64,000 nt of DNA from a virus (Duplodnaviria; Caudoviricetes): positions 111 through 64,110 of IMG/VR virus record IMGVR_UViG_3300037067_005614. One strand, written 5' to 3'. The stretch's first letter is position 1; each line of letters opens with the position of its first letter. Below are positions 19,747 to 29,013 of this stretch, in pieces. The notes under the pieces are model-generated. The model did not search any database, was not told the origin of the DNA, and saw only the letters and a list, made by a program, of their open reading frames with translations. The translations under genes and the position numbers were made by a program.

Positions 19747-20769
19747 ATGAAAGTAGGATCGATTGGTTGGGCGACTCAATCAGGACTGGGCATCCTGGCC
19801 AAGGCTTTCTACGACCATGGAGTTGTCAATAGAATGTTGGTTATCCAACACCCACACTATGACACTCACTGGGATTGGTATCCAACCCAGGTTGGTGTTG
19901 ACCGATTCTTGGATGAGTTAAATGTTCTACTGCTGTTTGAAACGGCTATCGATTGGAATGTGGCTAAGAAGGCAAAGGCCAAGAGCATTCCTATTGTGCT
20001 AATGCCGATGTATGAGTGGACCCCTCCCAGTTTGCCTGTACCAATTGACCTATACTTATGCCCCTCGCTGCTAGACCTGCGTTACTATGAGCACAAGCCC
20101 AGCCGATTAGGAGCAAAATTCATTCCAGTGCCAGTAGAAAAGCCCTGGAAGCTTAGAACCAAAGCCCTACACTTTGTCCACAATGCTGGCCACGGCGGTA
20201 GCGGGTTTCGTAACGGCACGCCTGAGCTACTGCAAGCCCTGCCATTGGTCGGTAGCCCTATACGCCTGACCGTACGGGGGCAACCAGGCATCCGAGGTCC
20301 TAAGCGCGCAAGGGCCTCTGAAGACCGTGTGTCAGCCCTATTCCGACAAGCTAAGGATGACCCAAGGTTGGATTTGCAATTAGGCGACTTCCCATACGAT
20401 TCGATGTTTGAAGAAGGAGACGTGTTTGTCTTTCCTGAGAAGTTCAATGGGCTTAGCTTGCCACTCCAAGAGGCTCACGCTAGCGGTATGTTGGTCATGG
20501 CCAGCAATCGGTTTCCTTCCAATACGTGGTTGCCTACTGACCCGCTGATACCCATCCATCGCTACCGGGAGGAGCAAATCGCTGTACTAGTTGAGTCAGC
20601 CATAGTAGAGCCTAGAGAGATTGCCTACTGCATTGACACTTGGTACAACCGCAACATCGAAGAATATTCCATCAAGGGCAAGCAGTGGGCTGAAGCAAAC
20701 AGTTGGGAAGTACTGAAGCCCCAATACCTATCTGCACTGGAGCAAGTCTGTGGCATTGCTACTAAATAG
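19747..20769 (+). CDS. GT-B (GT4-like) glycosyltransferase, paralog of 17474..18508
   Basis: GDVFVFPEKFNGLSLPLQEAHASGMLVM; FVHNAG; QWAE.NSW shared. Confidence 0.75.
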   Translation: MKVGSIGWATQSGLGILAKAFYDHGVVNRMLVIQHPHYDTHWDWYPTQVGVDRFLDELNVLLLFETAIDWNVAKKAKAKSIPIVLMPMYEWTPPSLPVPIDLYLCPSLLDLRYYEHKPSRLGAKFIPVPVEKPWKLRTKALHFVHNAGHGGSGFRNGTPELLQALPLVGSPIRLTVRGQPGIRGPKRARASEDRVSALFRQAKDDPRLDLQLGDFPYDSMFEEGDVFVFPEKFNGLSLPLQEAHASGMLVMASNRFPSNTWLPTDPLIPIHRYREEQIAVLVESAIVEPREIAYCIDTWYNRNIEEYSIKGKQWAEANSWEVLKPQYLSALEQVCGIATK

Positions 20770-21406
20770 TGGGTTGGTGTTCTTGCATGTGCCGAAGACA
20801 GGTGGACAAACCATTCGTCATGTGCTTAGAGAATACCAATTGTTGGCTAACGAGGATGATTTGCCTGTGGTCAATTCTGTCGATTGGCCTTTTCGTAAGG
20901 ACACGACTGACCCAAACATCATTCCCCATGCTAACTACAGTACCTTGGGCATTGACCCATCTGTCTGCTTTGCCTTCGTACGTCACCCGCTGGATTGGTA
21001 TCGCTCCCAATGGGCCTTTACGATGACCAAGCGAGGTAGCCTGGAAACCTTCCTTGCTACTAAGCCAGGGCCAGATGAGATTGATTCGATTGGGACAGGC
21101 AACTTTGTGGATTGGGTGACGATGCGCCTGCAAGCCTACCCAGAAGGGATGGTGTCAAGGCTGTACAGTCGCTATACCGAAGGGATTAAGTTTGTTGGTA
21201 AGTTTGAATACTTGAAAGACGATTTGGAGTGGATTTTGGATCTGCCAAATCTGCAATTGCCCAAAGTCAACAGTAGTGACCCGCGATTCTTAGCCCAAGC
21301 CATTTATCCTAGAGATTTAGCCATACGAACAGCGGAGACTGAGAAGCAGGCAATGGAGCAATTTGGTTACGATCTGTCGCAAGCCAGCAGTTATATTGAG
21401 CCGTGA
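20750..21406 (+). CDS. Sulfotransferase family 2 protein
   Basis: FLHVPKTGG (5'-PSB) and FVRHPLDWYRS (3'-PB); FVGKFE.L..D. Confidence 0.8.
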   Translation: MALLLNSGLVFLHVPKTGGQTIRHVLREYQLLANEDDLPVVNSVDWPFRKDTTDPNIIPHANYSTLGIDPSVCFAFVRHPLDWYRSQWAFTMTKRGSLETFLATKPGPDEIDSIGTGNFVDWVTMRLQAYPEGMVSRLYSRYTEGIKFVGKFEYLKDDLEWILDLPNLQLPKVNSSDPRFLAQAIYPRDLAIRTAETEKQAMEQFGYDLSQASSYIEP

Positions 21407-22299
21407 GCGAGGGGGATATGTCAGTAATGTTGTGTACGCTCTGTCTCAATGAGATGGAGCACTTGCAAAATCTGTATGACCAGCATCAAGACTGGCCTAA
21501 GATGCGTCAGTGGGTGTTCGTTGAATCAGCCGACCGTTACTATGCTAAGGCTAACCCAACAATGGTCACTGAGGCTGGGCTGAGCGTAGATGGCACTAGT
21601 CAGTTCCTTAAGGAGTTATCAGAAAAAGACCCACGGGTCATCTACATCCCATTTGGCTTCTCTTCCAATAAAGACCCCGCCCAGGGAAAGGTTGAGTCTA
21701 GACAGCAGTACTTGAACGTAGCTAACGAGTCAAGACCAGACTTCCTATTCATACTAGACGCAGATGAGTTTTATACATGCGCTGACCAAGACAGAATAAC
21801 CAGCTTGATGGGCAGTTCATCTAGGAATGCAACAGGATTTCGCTTCAAGCATCGTTATCCCTGGCGTCCTGGTTCAATACGAGATTGGTCTTTGTTTGGA
21901 TTGGAAGCAGTTGGGGCTTATTGGGATATCCCCCATATCAGAGGTTGGCGGTATTTTCCTGGGTTATCGTACGCTTCCAACCACAACTGGCCAGAGGTTA
22001 ATGGTAAGCTACTATCCAAATCTGTCATCCGCTACGATTCAATGCCTGGAGATTATCCAGAATGCGCTCACTTGGCTTTCGCTTCCGTACATAAAATACG
22101 GGCCGCTAAGCACAAATACTACATCACTCGTGGTGAAGGCGTTAGTGACGGGCGGCAGATGTATGTTGATTGTCGGGCCGCGTTTGAGACATGGAAGCCC
22201 GGTAAGAAACTACCACATGGGGCATCCATCATTAAGTACACAGGACCTATTCCAGAAGTGCTACAACAAGACACAGAAGCTCGATTTTGGTGTATTTAG
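21403..22299 (+). CDS. GT2-like glycosyltransferase
   Basis: LNEMEHL, SVDGT and ILDADEFY motifs. Confidence 0.7.
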   Translation: MSEGDMSVMLCTLCLNEMEHLQNLYDQHQDWPKMRQWVFVESADRYYAKANPTMVTEAGLSVDGTSQFLKELSEKDPRVIYIPFGFSSNKDPAQGKVESRQQYLNVANESRPDFLFILDADEFYTCADQDRITSLMGSSSRNATGFRFKHRYPWRPGSIRDWSLFGLEAVGAYWDIPHIRGWRYFPGLSYASNHNWPEVNGKLLSKSVIRYDSMPGDYPECAHLAFASVHKIRAAKHKYYITRGEGVSDGRQMYVDCRAAFETWKPGKKLPHGASIIKYTGPIPEVLQQDTEARFWCI

Positions 22300-22325
22300 C
22301 TATCATCTAGAGTAGGGAATCATCT

Positions 22326-22649
22326 GTGATTACAGTAAGGAAAGTAGGAATGTGCATTGAGTTGACTATTTCTGGTGGTAAGGCTTTATATCACAGTAAA
22401 CCTGGTGGAGTAACTGAGATTGTAGATGTCATTGTTGATGAACCAATGCGTAGAAGAGGCTTAGGCACTCAACTAATCAAAACAGTCAAGTCAAGAATCG
22501 ACAAAGACTCAGTCATTCACGTGTTTACCCGTAGAACAAATGGAATAGCTAGGCTATTCTATAAGAGCCTGGGTATGTATGAGATCGTCATCCCTGGTTT
22601 CTATCCTAACGACGATGCCTGTCTTTTTATTGACAAGGAAAGACCATGA
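22326..22649 (+). CDS. GNAT acetyltransferase
   Basis: VDEPMRRRGLGTQLI acetyl-CoA motif; N..A..FYKSLG. Confidence 0.75.
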   Translation: MITVRKVGMCIELTISGGKALYHSKPGGVTEIVDVIVDEPMRRRGLGTQLIKTVKSRIDKDSVIHVFTRRTNGIARLFYKSLGMYEIVIPGFYPNDDACLFIDKERP

Positions 22650-23383
22650 TACTTAGCAATCCTCTACCTGTCGCGTCAGAGACTTTCTGGGAGAATCGTC
22701 TGGAGAAAGTCAAGCAAGACCCGAAAAATCTACATCGTTGTATTTACGAAGTGGACCGTCCTGTTTGGGACGACATCCAAATGTGGCATAAGAGGACACT
22801 AGAATCGCTACTGGTCAACACAAAGGTATTGGATGCCGGTTGTGGCTATGGGGCCATGACTGAAATCCTACCTCAGGTGCAGAAGTATGTTGGTGTTGAT
22901 CAATCTAAAGCTTTACTCAAAGCCATGGATTCCCTCTACCCTAGCTACGCCAACATTCAAGCAAAGCTAGATAACTTGCCGTTTGAGGACTACGAATTTG
23001 ATTGGGTAGTTTGCCGGTCTATCAAGAAGATGATACTCGACAACGTGGGCGAGGAGGCCTGGCTACGAATTGAAATTGAGTTGCTGCGAGTTGCTAGGAA
23101 GCTACTGATTCTTGAGTACGAAGACCCTCAAGGCTTTTCTATTGTTAGGAGCGGACATGCGAGACATAAGAAGCTGTTGCGTTTGCGTGATCGGTGGAGC
23201 GGGGTTTCTAGGATCGCACCTAGTGAACTACCTGATCGACAAGAGAAACTGTCAAGTGCTAGTGTTAGACAACCTGATCAGCGGGTTGAAGAAGCACATC
23301 CACAAAAAGGCGACGTTCCTGTGGTACGATATTCGGGAGAACTACCAGGAACTAGCGAAGATTCTGAGGCAGTACCAGGTTGA
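22646..23383 (+). CDS. Class I SAM-dependent methyltransferase
   Basis: VLDAGCGYG, GVDQS, LPFED..FD, ELLRVA. The tail overlaps the next gene by ~225 bp. Confidence 0.8.
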   Translation: MILSNPLPVASETFWENRLEKVKQDPKNLHRCIYEVDRPVWDDIQMWHKRTLESLLVNTKVLDAGCGYGAMTEILPQVQKYVGVDQSKALLKAMDSLYPSYANIQAKLDNLPFEDYEFDWVVCRSIKKMILDNVGEEAWLRIEIELLRVARKLLILEYEDPQGFSIVRSGHARHKKLLRLRDRWSGVSRIAPSELPDRQEKLSSASVRQPDQRVEEAHPQKGDVPVVRYSGELPGTSEDSEAVPG

Positions 23384-24158
23384 ATACGTATTCAACTATG
23401 CCGCTGAACCTTACGTGCCAGATTGCTTTGAGAGGCCACTGCACTTCTTCACGATCAATGCCGTAGCTGCCCTCAACGTATTGAATGCTTGCCAGGAAGC
23501 CAATATCAAGGCAGTACTGCAAGTTAGCTCAGCTGAGATTTACGGTGAAGCAAAGGGCAAGATTGCTGAGGATGCCCCAGTTATCCCCCACAGCACCTAC
23601 GGCGTTAGCAAGGTAGCTGCTGATGGATTGGTACAGGTGCGCTGGCGGGAGGCTAAGGTGCCCGCCATTGCCATGCGACAGTTTAACTGTGTGGGTGAAC
23701 GCGAAACCCACGAGTATGTTATCCCAGAGATCATCAGCCAACTCAACGACCAAGAGCCTGGACAAAGTAGAGATGGCCTTGGGAATGTAGACGTTTGGAG
23801 AACTGTACATCTAGGCAACAATAGCGAGCGAGACTTTCAGTATGCTGGCGATGCTGTGAGGATGGCTGTTGAGTTGTTGGAGAAGGGCCAGTTTGGCGAA
23901 GTCTACAACATGGGCTCAGAATCAACTATCAAGATTTATGACTTGGCCAAACTAATTGGGCATGTCATGTTCGACTACGGTAGAGTAGAGATTGAGCAAG
24001 ACCCAAAGCGAGTGAGGCCCTGGGAAATTTGGCATCTGCAAAGTGACAATCTAAAACTCTACACAACCATCGAAGCTAGACCAGCAGTGTTACTCTATGA
24101 TGCCTTGAAGAGAACTGTGGATTACTACCGAGTCAATGGATGCAAGTGGGATTGGTAG
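23157..24158 (+). CDS. NAD-dependent NDP-sugar epimerase/4,6-dehydratase (extended SDR)
   Basis: GGAGFLG, SSAEIYG, YGVSK, RDFQY, EVYNMGS; AGGAG RBS. Confidence 0.88.
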   Translation: MRDIRSCCVCVIGGAGFLGSHLVNYLIDKRNCQVLVLDNLISGLKKHIHKKATFLWYDIRENYQELAKILRQYQVEYVFNYAAEPYVPDCFERPLHFFTINAVAALNVLNACQEANIKAVLQVSSAEIYGEAKGKIAEDAPVIPHSTYGVSKVAADGLVQVRWREAKVPAIAMRQFNCVGERETHEYVIPEIISQLNDQEPGQSRDGLGNVDVWRTVHLGNNSERDFQYAGDAVRMAVELLEKGQFGEVYNMGSESTIKIYDLAKLIGHVMFDYGRVEIEQDPKRVRPWEIWHLQSDNLKLYTTIEARPAVLLYDALKRTVDYYRVNGCKWDW

Positions 24159-24159
24159 T

Positions 24160-24894
24160 ATGGCTCAAACAATGAAGTATGTTATCGGCAGTGGTTGGTA
24201 TTGTGCCAAGGGACGTAGCTTCCCTAATGGTGGTAACGTCTACTCTAGGTCAAGGCAGTTCCATGAATTATGGAAGCATTGTGTCTTCAAGTACTCCAAC
24301 CCTGCCGGTGTATTAATTGTTGACTCAGCCTCTCCACTGCTACCTAACCCAGACCCTAGGGAGCAAGTGCTACGGTTGGACGCCAACTACCAGAATACTG
24401 ACTATCTGCTGAGTGGTTGGGGTCGTAGCTTCATCATCAGTGCTATGTATGCGTACAGTTGCATGGCTGACTTGTTCTACGTGGAGCAAGACTGCCTGGC
24501 TATGGGCAATTGGGTAGGGGACTGCTACAAGCAATCAACAGAGTACCCCAACCGCTTCTTGGCTGGCAAGCCTTACGAGGATGAACGCAAGGTCAAACAC
24601 CATGCCTTACAGATGAGTTTGGTGTTTGTGCCCAGGACTATCATCCTAGACCTGGTAAAGGCATTTCCTAATGGACCGCTCGACAAAGGCCGCGATGAGT
24701 CACAGTTAGGCTTGTGTGGTGTGCCGTTAGCCTTCCATACCTTCGGCTCCGGCCGCACTAGACCCTACGACCTAAAAGCCCCTACCTGCGAGGTTCAGCA
24801 CTGGACTGACCCAGAGATACTAGAAGTGGCAGACCACTTGGGGCTAGGTGACCAGGTGCATAACGACTACCAACACCGAGAGGATTGGGAATAA
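24160..24894 (+). CDS. Putative glycosyltransferase-like protein
   Basis: IVDSASP and YVEQDCL (DxD-like) motifs; cluster context. Confidence 0.45.
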   Translation: MAQTMKYVIGSGWYCAKGRSFPNGGNVYSRSRQFHELWKHCVFKYSNPAGVLIVDSASPLLPNPDPREQVLRLDANYQNTDYLLSGWGRSFIISAMYAYSCMADLFYVEQDCLAMGNWVGDCYKQSTEYPNRFLAGKPYEDERKVKHHALQMSLVFVPRTIILDLVKAFPNGPLDKGRDESQLGLCGVPLAFHTFGSGRTRPYDLKAPTCEVQHWTDPEILEVADHLGLGDQVHNDYQHREDWE

Positions 24895-24896
24895 CC

Positions 24897-25619
24897 ATGA
24901 AGCTCTTGTATGCTTCCTCAATACCAATCGACGCTCCACCTAACCGGGGTGGCCCTAACCGTTGGATGTTTCGTGAGTCTCTTACCAAGTACAGTATTCC
25001 GGCTGAAAACTTTACGTTGGGATGCAATTTCAACCATGATGGCAATGATACCTGGTGGCGATTGCTGAAAGTATTGGAACACCAAGCCACAGACGAGATT
25101 GTGTTGGTGACTGATGCTTGGGATGTATTCTTCACAACCGGGCTAGAGCAGATTGAGCAAGCCTTCTTGGAATTCAATTCGCCAATTGTATTCGCTATGG
25201 AGACCAATCTGTTTCCACCGGAGGTTGCCGGCTTCGGTACATTGCCTGAGGCCCCTACTCGCTGGCGATACATCAATGGTGGACAGATCATTGGTAGGGC
25301 AGGGGTTCTACTCGATCTGTTTAATGAACCTGATTTCTGGCCCAAGCCTCTGTGCTGGTGCAACCAGTCTGCCTACAATCGCTGGTGGATCAACCACCCC
25401 GACAGCAAGGATTTTGCCCTAGACTTCTACTGCCGTCTGTTCTGCAACCTCTATGACAACCACAAGATGGAACGTCCCGTGTTAGATGCCATCGAAGTCC
25501 ACTGCACTACAGAAGGCAAGCGATTGTATAACAACGAAACGAAAACCCACCCCTGCTCATTCCACGGCAATGGCGGTTGGGCTCCCGCTGCTGCCAAGTT
25601 ATGGAGGATGATAAGCTAA
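24897..25619 (+). CDS. PLOD/procollagen galactosyltransferase-like GT domain protein
   Basis: VLVTDAWDVFF, IVFAME.N.FP, RYINGG..IG, LD..C.LF.NL and HGNG match the PLOD GT-domain pattern. Confidence 0.75.
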   Translation: MKLLYASSIPIDAPPNRGGPNRWMFRESLTKYSIPAENFTLGCNFNHDGNDTWWRLLKVLEHQATDEIVLVTDAWDVFFTTGLEQIEQAFLEFNSPIVFAMETNLFPPEVAGFGTLPEAPTRWRYINGGQIIGRAGVLLDLFNEPDFWPKPLCWCNQSAYNRWWINHPDSKDFALDFYCRLFCNLYDNHKMERPVLDAIEVHCTTEGKRLYNNETKTHPCSFHGNGGWAPAAAKLWRMIS

Positions 25620-26197
25620 TGTCCCTACAAGACTATGATTACCAGCAATTCCCCTATGTGTTCGCTACTTTGCCTGGCTATGGCACGGATATGACTAGTG
25701 CCTTACGTCTTGCTGTCCGTAAGACGTTGACTGACGTGGTTGGTGCACCCCTACAATACCTAGAGATCGGTATTTGGGAGGGTCGCAGTGGGTGTTGGAT
25801 GCTCGATAACGTGTTGACCCACCCAGACTCTCACTACCTTGGTATCGACAACTGGACTAGCCCGTCACAAGTACCCATCTTAGCCCGCAAACACCTGGGC
25901 TACCACGGAATCAAGTCTGAGATACTAGATGGTGACTCCAAGAAAATTGTGCCCCAACTGACACGAACCTTCGATATTGGTTTTGTCGATGGGGATCACA
26001 CTGAGAATGGATGCTACATAGACCTCTGCAACGTTTGGAATAAGCTGAATGTAGGTGGCACTTTGATTGCTGATGATTACAAGTATCCCAACCTACCAGG
26101 AGTCCACGCTGCAATTGACAGGTTTGAGGCAGAACACACCGATGATGCTGTATTGCTTTTCAAAGAAATGGCTGTTGTCTATCGAAAGGTCAAATAA
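25619..26197 (+). CDS. Class I SAM methyltransferase (Methyltransf_24-like)
   Basis: YLEIGIWEGRS, GDS, FVDGDH, GG.LI.DDY. Confidence 0.82.
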   Translation: MSLQDYDYQQFPYVFATLPGYGTDMTSALRLAVRKTLTDVVGAPLQYLEIGIWEGRSGCWMLDNVLTHPDSHYLGIDNWTSPSQVPILARKHLGYHGIKSEILDGDSKKIVPQLTRTFDIGFVDGDHTENGCYIDLCNVWNKLNVGGTLIADDYKYPNLPGVHAAIDRFEAEHTDDAVLLFKEMAVVYRKVK

Positions 26198-26487
26198 TGG
26201 ATGTACCTGCTGAACGGGTTTATGATTTTGATGACTTGAAGAAGCCCGGACAATTCCAATTCACTACACGAGTTGGTATGGAAGGCCATACAGGCATGAT
26301 CTTCGTCTGCCCATGTGGGTGTGGTTCAATATCTGGTATACCATTCAGAAAGAAAGAGGGGGAGCCTGGTCCATGCTGGCACTGGAATGGCAGAGCCGAC
26401 AAACCTACACTAACTCCAAGCATTCGTAAGTTAGATGGTTGCCAGTGGCATGGTTTCCTGACTGATGGTAATTTCCAGGAGTGTTAG
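26197..26487 (+). CDS. Small Cys/His protein (DUF6527-like)
   Basis: CPCGCG...W.WNG...PTLTPSI...C.WHGFL.DG. Confidence 0.6.
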   Translation: MDVPAERVYDFDDLKKPGQFQFTTRVGMEGHTGMIFVCPCGCGSISGIPFRKKEGEPGPCWHWNGRADKPTLTPSIRKLDGCQWHGFLTDGNFQEC

Positions 26488-27479
26488 CTTTGGAACCCTA
26501 CCAAGAATTAGAACTGAGGTTTGGTGAGTGGATTGGCAATCCTAATGCAGTGGCTTGCTCCAGCGGTACAGCAGCCTTGCACTTAGCCTTAGAGTCCCTG
26601 CAACCACCGATGCACAGTTGTGTCATGGTGCCTGAGTTCACCATGGTGGCTTGCGCTAGAGCGGTTACGATGGCTGGGCTACACCCCATCTTCGTGGATT
26701 GTGACAATGACTTGCTGATTGACCCGGCTCTGATACGTAGCAAGACAGTAAGACACCTGTCTGCTATCATGCCAGTCCACATCTATGGTCGCAGATGCAA
26801 CATGAATGCAATCATCGACCACGCCAAGACCAACCACTTGCTGGTGATCGAGGATATGGCGGAGATTCACTGTGTTAACCCCCACCCCGAGAGCGATGCT
26901 GCCTGCTGGTCCTTCTACAAGAATAAGGTGGTTCATGGGGAAGAAGGTGGGATGGTGGTATTCAATGAAGCCAAGTATGCTGACAAGGCAAGGCAGCTAC
27001 GCAACCTTGGCTTTACGAATGCGCACAACTTCAGTCACATACCGCGAGGGCACAATTACCGGCTAGCCAACCTACTGGCAGAACCGGTTCTAGCTAGCCT
27101 AGCCAAGGCTGAGAGCCATTTGGAGTGGCGTAGACAACAGGTCGACGATTGTGACGCGGTGTTGCCTAATGAATGGAAGATGCCCCCAAGGCTATCCAAT
27201 TGGGTGTACGACCTACGAATCCCAGGCATGAAAGAAGAGACGCAAGACAAGCTAGTTGCTTCACTCAACTCCCAAGGTATTGCTGCCAGGCATGGATTCA
27301 AGCCAATGAGCAGTCAGCGAGAGTACCGCAACGGCAGCTATCGGCATCTTAACGCTCACCGGCTATCCCAAGAGGTTATCTACCTGCCGTTGTACGAAGA
27401 GTCAAGCTTGCAAGATGCTGCTAACAACGTTCACGCTCTGGTAGACACCTACCAAACCCTAACAGCAGTGCAGAAGTGA
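26481..27479 (+). CDS. DegT/DnrJ/EryC1/StrS PLP-dependent sugar aminotransferase
   Basis: SSGTAALHLAL, PVHIYG, IEDMAE, SFYKNK....EGG, GHNYR. Confidence 0.9.
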   Translation: MLALEPYQELELRFGEWIGNPNAVACSSGTAALHLALESLQPPMHSCVMVPEFTMVACARAVTMAGLHPIFVDCDNDLLIDPALIRSKTVRHLSAIMPVHIYGRRCNMNAIIDHAKTNHLLVIEDMAEIHCVNPHPESDAACWSFYKNKVVHGEEGGMVVFNEAKYADKARQLRNLGFTNAHNFSHIPRGHNYRLANLLAEPVLASLAKAESHLEWRRQQVDDCDAVLPNEWKMPPRLSNWVYDLRIPGMKEETQDKLVASLNSQGIAARHGFKPMSSQREYRNGSYRHLNAHRLSQEVIYLPLYEESSLQDAANNVHALVDTYQTLTAVQK

Positions 27480-27488
27480 TTGTGTAGG

Positions 27489-27544
27489 CCCCTAGTCCTG
27501 CTGGTTGTGGCTGTTCGCTCCCGGCCACACCAGCAGGCTAGGGG
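27489..27544. terminator. Long hairpin at the convergence of late and early operons
   Basis: CCCCTAG-T-CCTGCTGG-T-TGTGGC ... GCCACA-CCAGCAGG-CTAGGGG inverted repeat. Confidence 0.6.
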
Positions 27545-27554
27545 ATCTATCTGG

Positions 27555-28104
27555 TTAAGTTTGAGCAGGTGAATCCTCACTCTTGTCTTCTTTCTCAGCA
27601 AAGTAGGGCTTTCCGGTTGCCCTAGCAATTTGGTTGTCAATGCGGGTTAGGATCGTTGGATCGTAGACTATACCATCCTTGGTGTGAGCCAGATGAATCT
27701 CCCGCCTGGCTTGCACAAGCATCGACAGCAGACCAGTATGATTTTCTGCCTCTTGCAGAAATAACTTGACACCACCGATAGCAGATTCAAAATTGCCAGC
27801 TACCCACTCGGTAGGGCTTTCCTGTTGCCCTAGCAATTTGGTTGTCGATGCGGGTTAAGATGGTTGGGTCGTAGACTACTCCATCCTTGGAATGCGCAAG
27901 GTAGATTTCTCTTCTTGCCTGCACAAGCATCGACAGCAGACCAGTATGATTTTCTGCCTCTTGCAGAAATAACTTGACACCACCGATAGCAGATTCAAAA
28001 TTGCCAGCTACCCACTCGGTAGCTCGCAGTCGTTGCTCAATCAGAGCAAACTGCTTCCTAGCGGCTTCTAATTTGGCTTTCATTTGGGTTGCCTCGCTTG
28101 ACAA
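27555..28104 (-). pseudogene. Hypothetical gene frameshifted by the 208-bp duplication
   Basis: ORFs 27787..28104 and 27555..27836 encode the same TEWVAGNF...ATGKPY segment in different frames. Confidence 0.6.
27603..28022. repeat. 208-bp tandem duplication (27603-27810 / 27811-28018)
   Basis: Second halves identical; first halves differ mostly at synonymous sites. Confidence 0.95.
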
Positions 28105-28128
28105 TAGGGGTTGGGGGAATTGTACTTT

Positions 28129-28623
28129 CTACTCTACTGAATCTGCAATTGCTTCACGCAGTTCTTTCATTGCTTGACAATAGGCCGACTGCGACATGCC
28201 TGTTGCTTCGATGCAGGCTATACCAAACTTCGCTTGCAGTGATTCGATAATGACTACAGCCTTCCTGGCTGCCCTAACCAAAGCTGGGTCTGGTAGCTGT
28301 CTATCTGTCATGACAGCAGGCACGTATTTGCTGGCTATCAGACAGCGGCAATTCACTTGTGGGTGATGCTCGATTATGGGGTCTGGTATTAACGCTAGAA
28401 ACTCTCTTGCTTTCTGGTCTGCATCATCAACTACCATTTCAGCCATGCGCACGACGGTTTCAAATTTCTCCATCTGGTGTGAGCCAAGAGGGCCAGCTCG
28501 CTTCCATGTGTCCAGTAATTTGCGGCACACATCGAGGGGTGTTGGGATGGGGTCGGTTTTGGGTTGCTCTGACACAATTATGGCTCCGTACTGTAGTGGG
28601 TAATGGCTAGGGGGTAACGACAC
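28129..28623 (-). CDS. Hypothetical protein
   Basis: ORF in the leftward operon. Confidence 0.5.
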   Translation of the reverse strand: MSLPPSHYPLQYGAIIVSEQPKTDPIPTPLDVCRKLLDTWKRAGPLGSHQMEKFETVVRMAEMVVDDADQKAREFLALIPDPIIEHHPQVNCRCLIASKYVPAVMTDRQLPDPALVRAARKAVVIIESLQAKFGIACIEATGMSQSAYCQAMKELREAIADSVE

Positions 28624-28742
28624 CGTAGAGGGCTCTGGCTTGCGCTAGGTTGCGTCGTAGCAGCCAAAAGCCCCTACGGGTACTAGTTTACTCCGTAACG
28701 CAACCTAAAGCAACGTAGGGGCTTTAGCAACATGCCCCCTAC

Positions 28743-28985
28743 TTAGGTTGGTTTATGGGTTGGTGGTAGGTTGTTAGCCTGTTTATCGGCTTCCCGTTGG
28801 GCTTCCATTCCTAATTCAATCCCCTTGTTCATCGCGAGTCGGTATTCATGCGTGAGCCACTCTGCGAATTTGTAGCTGTGAACACTCTCGGGAATTGATT
28901 CTCGCAATATACTGCGGCGTGTCGTGTCAACCTGATACCACTGACACGCAAACTCCCATGGAGTCATGTTTTCAATCTTTGTCAT
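28743..28985 (-). CDS. Hypothetical protein
   Basis: GGAG RBS, 80 aa. Confidence 0.5.
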   Translation of the reverse strand: MTKIENMTPWEFACQWYQVDTTRRSILRESIPESVHSYKFAEWLTHEYRLAMNKGIELGMEAQREADKQANNLPPTHKPT

Positions 28986-29013
28986 CGAAATGGGTCTCCG
29001 ACTTGTTTAGGGG

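Noticed and set aside
27603-28022. Diversity-generating retroelement TR/VR pair
   Set aside because: Mismatches are not adenine-specific on either strand, are mostly synonymous, and no reverse transcriptase is present in the window.
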